Origin: Minisyncoccota bacterium
GTDB lineage: Bacteria; Patescibacteriota; Minisyncoccia; Phycocordibacterales; JAQTLZ01
Direction of reading: 5' to 3'
Assembly (NCBI GenBank): GCA_028714635.1
Contig: JAQTLZ010000001.1
Location: 15,650 to 79,649 of the forward strand
Length of the DNA stretch: 64,000 nt
The notes under the pieces are model-generated. The model was not told the DNA's origin, searched no databases, and was given only the letters and a program-made list of their open reading frames with translations. Positions 58,483-64,000 of this stretch are shown piece after piece. Every line of letters starts with the position of its first letter. Position 1 is the stretch's first letter. Position numbers and translations under genes: made by a program.

Positions 58483-59355
58483 ATGCAGAGATATATTTTT
58501 CTTTTATTTTTCGCTCTATCCGCTTGTATTTTCTTACCAAAGATTGTAAACGCGGATATGTTTCCTATGCCTCCAGGAACACAAACTGTTTATGTCACAT
58601 ATGGTCAGAAAGCCATTCCCGATCAGAAATTTCATGAGGAAGTATTACTTTGCGGTAATTTTAAACAGTCATACAACGAGAAATCGTATCAGATTTTATA
58701 TTTTGCAAAGCCAATCCCCCAGTTATTGAATATCTCACAATTTGACTCTGCAAGGAAGTGCTCTTGGGAGCCTTATTATCCAATGAGACTTTGCTCAAAT
58801 AGTAAATGTGGGATGGAAAGTTTCGGCTATCCTAGCGAATTCAAATTAGCTATTTTTATTCCCAGTCTTAATAAGGTCTTTATTACGAATGAAATCTTAA
58901 GGTCAAATTTCAATGCTGATTATAAGGCTGAATTATACACGGATGGCTCAGCTAAGCTTACTGATACAACATTCTTTTTCGAAAGAGATCAGGTATCGTC
59001 ATTCACTCTGGCATTTCTTATAACGATAGCTTTGGAGTTACTGACCACGTGGTTGCTTATTTCCAGATGGCAGAAACCAAAAAAAATCCTCCTTATTGTT
59101 CTTTTCGCAAACATAATATCTTTACCTTTCGTCTGGTTTTTCTTTCCTTTACTAGCATCAATACTGGGTTTTATGAGTATACTAATCTCAGAAATTTTTG
59201 CAGTATTTTTTGAAGCATATTTTATCTATTTTGTCGGAAGAAAGACACTGACTCTAGGACAATCAATGAGGTTGAGCTTAATAAACAATCTTGTAAGCGT
59301 AATTATAGGTATGCCTATTTTTCTAATCCTGACTCTTTTTACTTATATTTTTTAG
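58483..59355 (+). CDS. Hypothetical membrane protein
   Basis: Signal peptide, Cys-containing extracellular region, four C-terminal TM segments. Confidence 0.75.
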   Translation: MQRYIFLLFFALSACIFLPKIVNADMFPMPPGTQTVYVTYGQKAIPDQKFHEEVLLCGNFKQSYNEKSYQILYFAKPIPQLLNISQFDSARKCSWEPYYPMRLCSNSKCGMESFGYPSEFKLAIFIPSLNKVFITNEILRSNFNADYKAELYTDGSAKLTDTTFFFERDQVSSFTLAFLITIALELLTTWLLISRWQKPKKILLIVLFANIISLPFVWFFFPLLASILGFMSILISEIFAVFFEAYFIYFVGRKTLTLGQSMRLSLINNLVSVIIGMPIFLILTLFTYIF

Positions 59356-59364
59356 TTTTTAAAA

Positions 59365-59814
59365 ATGAAAATCTACATTGGTTCCGATCATGCAGGGTTT
59401 GAATTAAAAAATACGCTTATTCCCTTTGTAGAAAAATTAGGCTATGAAGTGATTGATTGCGGGGCGAAGACACTGGATCTAAAAGATGATTTTCCTGATT
59501 ATATTTTGCCTGTCGCTAAGGCTGTCAGCGCAGATTTAAAAGATTCAAAAGGCATTGTTATTGGGGGTTCTGGTGAAGGCGAAGCTATTGTTGCAAATAA
59601 AATCGGGGGCATCAGAGCCGCGGAATATTACGGCGGGAATTTGGAAATTGTAAAACTTTCACGCGAGCATAATGATGCAAATATTTTCTCCCTCGGTGCA
59701 CGATTTATTAGTGAGAAAGACGCAAAAGAAGCAGTGAAGCTCTGGCTCTCAACTCCATTTTCCGGAGACGCTCGACATGTGCGTAGAATTAAGGAAATTG
59801 ACGACCAAACATGA
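59365..59814 (+). CDS. rpiB: Ribose-5-phosphate isomerase B
   Basis: GSDHAG, GGSGEGE, REHNDAN, RHVRRI. Confidence 0.95.
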   Translation: MKIYIGSDHAGFELKNTLIPFVEKLGYEVIDCGAKTLDLKDDFPDYILPVAKAVSADLKDSKGIVIGGSGEGEAIVANKIGGIRAAEYYGGNLEIVKLSREHNDANIFSLGARFISEKDAKEAVKLWLSTPFSGDARHVRRIKEIDDQT

Positions 59815-60527
59815 CTGAAATAATTCCCGCAGTTTTAGCAAAAGACTACGTGTCTCTTTCCGAGACGCTTTCTCGATTGGCTGGAATTACATCTCTCGCA
59901 CAAATAGATATTTGCGATGGGAAATTTGTACCATCATCTACTTGGCCATACGGAAAGGAAGACATGCATTTCAAAGCGATGCTCGAAGAGAAAGAGGGAA
60001 TGCCGAACTGGGAAGAAATGGATTTTGAATTTGATCTTATGATCGAGAATCCGGAAGAAAGAATTGATGACTTTGTGCAGATAGGTGCCGCGCGAATTGT
60101 GGTGCACATTGAAAGTACGAAAGATTTCGGTGCGATCTTAAAAAAATTTGATGAAAAGTATGGCAGAAGCAGTGAATTTTCTGTCGCGCCAGAGCTTGGC
60201 ATTGCACTGAACGTCTCTACTCCAAACGAAGCAATCGAGCCATTTGTAGATAGCGTTGATTTTGTTCAGTTTATGGGAATCCGAAAAGTGGGCTATCAAG
60301 GCCAGTCTTTTGATGAACGAGTGCTCGAAAAGATATCAACATTAAGAAAAAGCCACGAGGACGTTATAATAAGTGTTGACGGGGGTGTCAATTTAACAAC
60401 CGCACAGGCACTTGTAAAAGCCGGAGCAGACAGACTTATAGCCGGTTCGGTTATTTTGAATAGCGAAAATCCCGCCGAAATAATCCGAGAGCTGAAAAAA
60501 TTAGCTCACGATGCAAAAAATGTCTGA
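59811..60527 (+). CDS. rpe: Ribulose-phosphate 3-epimerase
   Basis: DICDGKFVP, G.QGQ.F, VDGGV, GS; His ligands are replaced (QID, FDLM). Confidence 0.88.
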   Translation: MTEIIPAVLAKDYVSLSETLSRLAGITSLAQIDICDGKFVPSSTWPYGKEDMHFKAMLEEKEGMPNWEEMDFEFDLMIENPEERIDDFVQIGAARIVVHIESTKDFGAILKKFDEKYGRSSEFSVAPELGIALNVSTPNEAIEPFVDSVDFVQFMGIRKVGYQGQSFDERVLEKISTLRKSHEDVIISVDGGVNLTTAQALVKAGADRLIAGSVILNSENPAEIIRELKKLAHDAKNV

Positions 60528-60570
60528 TCTTTCTGACCAAAAAGTAAAAGAGCTCGAGCTTCAGGCGAAT
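60520..60570 (+). pseudogene. Orphan recoded 5' end of the transketolase N-subunit gene
   Basis: MSDLSDQKVKELELQAN, against MSTLTDSRIKELELQAN at 60628. Confidence 0.85.
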
Positions 60571-60571
60571 T

Positions 60572-60604
60572 CCCCCGGTACCACAGCAAAGCTGGCTACG
60601 GGGC
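60572..60604. repeat. REP-like palindrome, family A copy 3
   Basis: CCCCCGGTACCACAGCAAAGCTGGCTACGGGGC. Confidence 0.7.
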
Positions 60605-60627
60605 GAGAGGTGGTAATATAAATTTCT

Positions 60628-61497
60628 ATGAGTACTTTAACTGACAGCAGAATAAAGGAGTTAGAGTTGCAAGCTAACCTCATTCGCATAAGTATTATTG
60701 AAATGCTTGTTGAAGCGGGGAGCGGGCATACTGCAGGGCCGCTTGGCATGGCAGATATTTTTACCGCTTTATATTTTCATATTCTTAAACATGATCCGAA
60801 AAAACCGGATTGGGCAGAACGCGACCGGCTTGTGCTCTCAAACGGTCACATTTGCCCAGTCTACTATTCGACACTCGCTCATGCCGGATATTTTCCAGTC
60901 AAAGAGCTCCTCACACTTCGCAAATTTGGAACGCGACTTCAAGGTCATCCACATCGGGAATATCTGCCGATTGTCGAGACAAGCTCTGGCCCGCTCGGCG
61001 CTGGGTTATCGCAAGCTGTTGGTATGGCTCTCGCAGATAGAATGGACAAAGGTGTCTCAGGCGACCGATTTATCTATGCATTAACATCCGACGGCGAGCA
61101 CGACGAAGGAAATACCTGGGAAGCGGTGCTTATGGCTGGCAAAGAAAAGCTCCACAATCTCATCGCCATAATGGACAGAAACAATATCCAGATCGACGGC
61201 TTTACCGAGGACATCATGCCGCTTGAAAGCGTGCGGGCGAAATACGAAGCGTTCAACTGGCACGTCATCGAAATTGACGGGCACGATATGCGAGAAATTG
61301 TGGATGCGGTGGAACAAGCAAAAGCGATCTTTGAGAAACCAAAGATGATCATTGCTCACACGATTCCCGGAAAAGGCGTTAAAGAATTCGAGCGAAAATA
61401 CGAATGGCACGGCAAACCGCCGAATAAAGAGGAGGCTGCGATGGCTTTGAAGGAATTACGAACGTTGGGAGGGAAAATTAAGAGTGAGCATGAATAA
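60628..61497 (+). CDS. Transketolase, N-terminal subunit
   Basis: SGH, DRLVLSNGH, LQGHP, SDGEHDEG..WEA. Confidence 0.95.
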   Translation: MSTLTDSRIKELELQANLIRISIIEMLVEAGSGHTAGPLGMADIFTALYFHILKHDPKKPDWAERDRLVLSNGHICPVYYSTLAHAGYFPVKELLTLRKFGTRLQGHPHREYLPIVETSSGPLGAGLSQAVGMALADRMDKGVSGDRFIYALTSDGEHDEGNTWEAVLMAGKEKLHNLIAIMDRNNIQIDGFTEDIMPLESVRAKYEAFNWHVIEIDGHDMREIVDAVEQAKAIFEKPKMIIAHTIPGKGVKEFERKYEWHGKPPNKEEAAMALKELRTLGGKIKSEHE

Positions 61498-61520
61498 AAT
61501 TATTATTTTATAGATTAAAA

Positions 61521-61892
61521 ATGGCAATACCAATAAATCGTCAATTTTTGAAAGGATTGCGAGGGTTATTGATGGCAGTAAATATAGTTGCTCTGCTTAT
61601 TGTAGCGCCATTTTTGCTACTCATTCTTTTTAGGGTGGATCTCCTTTCTTCTGATTCGTCTTCATTCGTATTTTATGAAAAAATCGTAGCACTCCTCTTG
61701 ATTCTTTGTTCTTTTGGCGACTTGATTTTGGTTCCACTTTTTTTGTTTTTACGAGGTCGGGGGAGATTGCAAGGTGTTGTGCTAGAACCTGCTCAAAAAT
61801 CCATGATTATTTTAAAAGGATTGTTTTTGATTTATTTCTTATCTTTTTTCTTGGGCGTGTTTATCTTACTTTCAACTGGTTTTCATCATTGA
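61521..61892 (+). CDS. Hypothetical three-TM protein between the transketolase subunits
   Basis: AT-rich ORF with three hydrophobic helices. Confidence 0.65.
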   Translation: MAIPINRQFLKGLRGLLMAVNIVALLIVAPFLLLILFRVDLLSSDSSSFVFYEKIVALLLILCSFGDLILVPLFLFLRGRGRLQGVVLEPAQKSMIILKGLFLIYFLSFFLGVFILLSTGFHH

Positions 61893-61896
61893 TTAA

Positions 61897-62892
61897 ATGT
61901 TAAACCAAACTGCAAAACTAAATAGTAAAATATTCGATAAAGATGTCGAGCAAGCTCCAATACGCAAGGGGTTCGGAGAGGGTTTGCTTATTGCTGGAAA
62001 AGCGGATGAGCAAGTTGTTGCGCTTTGCGCTGACCTTACCGAATCCACCAAGATGGATCTCTTTGCCAAGGAATTTCCAAAGCGATTTATCGAAGTTGGG
62101 GTAGCGGAGCAGAATTTGGTGACTGTAGCATCAGGAATGGCAGCGATGGGAAAGATTCCATTTGTCAGCTCATACGCCATGTTTTCTCCGGGGCGAAATT
62201 GGGAACAGATCCGCACCACAATCACCTATAATGATCGACCGGTAAAAATCGTCGGTTCTCATGCGGGAATTTCTGTTGGTCCAGACGGTGGAACACATCA
62301 AGCCATCGAAGATATCGCTCTGATGCGCGTCATGCCCCGAATGGTAGTGCTTTCTCCGTGCGATGCTATTGAGGCCAAAAAAGCGACCATTGCGGCGGCA
62401 AAAAACGGCACGCCAGTCTATTTGCGGCTTGCTCGAGAAAAAACTCCGATCATCACAACCGAAGACACTCCGTTCGAAATAGGGAAGGCGCAAGTTTTCT
62501 TCGCTCCGGAGAAAAAAGCTCAAGTGGGGATTATTGCAACGGGTGCCCTTGTTGCCCGCGCACTTCGGGTTGCTCACACACTTTCCGATAAAGGAATTTC
62601 GGTCAAAGTAGTAAATCTCGCAACAATCAAGCCCCTCGATACTGAAGCAATTTTGAATTTAGCAAAAGAAACCGGTGCGATTGTAACTGTTGAAGAGCAT
62701 CAAATTGCCGGAGGAATGGGTTCGGCAGTAGCAGAATGTCTGGCAAAATGGCTTCCAACTCCGCAAGAATTTATCGGTGTTCACGACCAATTCGGCCAAT
62801 CAGGAACGATGGAGGAACTCATTAAACACTATGGGATGGACGAGGTCGCAATTGAGAACGCAGTTAAAGAAGTTCTCCAGAGAAAAAAATAA
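61897..62892 (+). CDS. Transketolase, C-terminal subunit
   Basis: GVAEQN, GPDGGTHQ, TIKPLD, VEEH...GG. Confidence 0.95.
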   Translation: MLNQTAKLNSKIFDKDVEQAPIRKGFGEGLLIAGKADEQVVALCADLTESTKMDLFAKEFPKRFIEVGVAEQNLVTVASGMAAMGKIPFVSSYAMFSPGRNWEQIRTTITYNDRPVKIVGSHAGISVGPDGGTHQAIEDIALMRVMPRMVVLSPCDAIEAKKATIAAAKNGTPVYLRLAREKTPIITTEDTPFEIGKAQVFFAPEKKAQVGIIATGALVARALRVAHTLSDKGISVKVVNLATIKPLDTEAILNLAKETGAIVTVEEHQIAGGMGSAVAECLAKWLPTPQEFIGVHDQFGQSGTMEELIKHYGMDEVAIENAVKEVLQRKK

Positions 62893-62899
62893 AATTATT

Positions 62900-63532
62900 A
62901 TGAAATATTTCAAAATAAAGAAGAGAGAAGTTGTCTTGATAGTATTAATCTTAGCTATTGTTTTTGGGGGAATAGTTGCATCGAAGTTTTCCCAGAAAAT
63001 AAACACGCATTCCCTCGCTTCAGGTGGATTTGATATTTTTGAATGGTTTAAAAATAGAACCAAGTCGCCCCCGAGACCTCCTGTGGCTGTAAGGAATCTG
63101 CTGGCGACAAAGCCTCGGAGTCTCACCTGCTATGCAAATCCGACAACCATAAAACCTGGAAATTCGTCCACTCTTGTAGCAGTCATTCAAGACGACAGTC
63201 TATTAAGTAAGGGACATATTTACGAATGGTATGACATTACCAACGGTTCTCGCTTAAATACAAGTTATTCAAGCACTAAATATGATGCGATACCGGTAAC
63301 ACCGAATAGACTTGGTGTAAATTATTACAAATTTACAATATTTGTTAATAATGCACCCAATGGGCCATCAGCTCTCGTTACGTCTTGCATGACGTCGGTA
63401 TTAGTGGAAGATTCTGATACTGTATCTTCAGGCGTTGTTAGGCCAACTCCGGAATCCCTAGACGGGAGCCTTAGATCCAATAGTGCTGGCTATTACGAAC
63501 TTCCAGTCTCCCAACAGCCGACAAACTACTGA
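62900..63532 (+). CDS. Hypothetical membrane-anchored protein
   Basis: N-terminal TM and beta-rich extracellular part; start trimmed to MKYFK. Confidence 0.6.
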   Translation: MKYFKIKKREVVLIVLILAIVFGGIVASKFSQKINTHSLASGGFDIFEWFKNRTKSPPRPPVAVRNLLATKPRSLTCYANPTTIKPGNSSTLVAVIQDDSLLSKGHIYEWYDITNGSRLNTSYSSTKYDAIPVTPNRLGVNYYKFTIFVNNAPNGPSALVTSCMTSVLVEDSDTVSSGVVRPTPESLDGSLRSNSAGYYELPVSQQPTNY

Positions 63533-63536
63533 CACT

Positions 63537-64000
63537 TCATTTTTTAGGCGCATCTTTTAGTTCTCCGCTTCGGAAAAGCTGAATAAGTTCCATAAATGCT
63601 TTTACAATTACGCTTGGTTTTGCTCCACTCATTTTCCCCCGCATTCGCATTCTGTGGCTCACAGCCACTTCTTTTATTTTGTAACCTTTCTGTTTTAGTT
63701 TGATGAGAATTTCAGCGCTGATCATTGCTCCGTGGGAGGTGATTGTGATATCTTCGAGCGCCATTCGTCTGAAAAGTTTGAACGCGCAGTCGATATCCTT
63801 GACCTTGAGCCCAAACATTACTCGATTCAAGATATTCCATCCCTTCGCGTTCACTAGGCGCATAAAATGATCCATCCGCTTTTCTCGGTATCCGATCACC
63901 ACATCGTATGCGGGTATGAAAGGTATAAGCCTCTTTATTTCTTCCATATAAAATTGGAGATCTGCGTCCGTGAAAAATACATATTCGAGAGCTGATGACT
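63537..64000 (-). CDS. GT2 (DPM1-like) glycosyltransferase, 5' end outside the window
   Basis: FFTDADLQF in frame upstream; DVVIGYR, DIDCAFKLF, EV.V.H..R. Confidence 0.88.
   Translation of the reverse strand, partial: SSALEYVFFTDADLQFYMEEIKRLIPFIPAYDVVIGYREKRMDHFMRLVNAKGWNILNRVMFGLKVKDIDCAFKLFRRMALEDITITSHGAMISAEILIKLKQKGYKIKEVAVSHRMRMRGKMSGAKPSVIVKAFMELIQLFRSGELKDAPKK

Noticed and set aside
1-64000. CRISPR array or cas genes
   Set aside because: No regularly spaced repeat-spacer series was seen; the repeats are coding or isolated palindromes.

Overview
The window looks like part of a Patescibacteria (CPR, Parcubacteria-like) chromosome. This is inferred from gene content, leaderless TGnTAnnnT promoters and small palindromic elements, not from a database search. 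1-10 kb is a surface-glycan locus with gmd/fcl, a Wzx flippase, LicD and a complete three-step 2-hydroxyethylphosphonate pathway. 10-29.5 kb holds housekeeping genes (murB, secA, obgE, gatB, gap) mixed with single-gene cassettes, MITE/REP-like palindromes and a candidate ncRNA. 29.5-58.5 kb is a composite, mostly GC-richer island directly after gap. It carries an MT-A70 methylase, an iteron-bearing Rep, VirD4-like ATPases, a large serine recombinase, a relaxase-like protein, ArdC, a primase-like protein and three giant surface proteins. 59-64 kb is rpiB-rpe-tkt. The strongest unexplained signal is a set of orphan, synonymously recoded copies of gene ends at insert borders: two extra gap tails (56164-56208, 58433-58477), an obgE tail (26009-26047), a tkt head (60520-60570) and the tail of a small island gene (35651-35743). 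Together they suggest repeated DNA gain by gene-end replacement. Functional calls come from motif recognition by eye.
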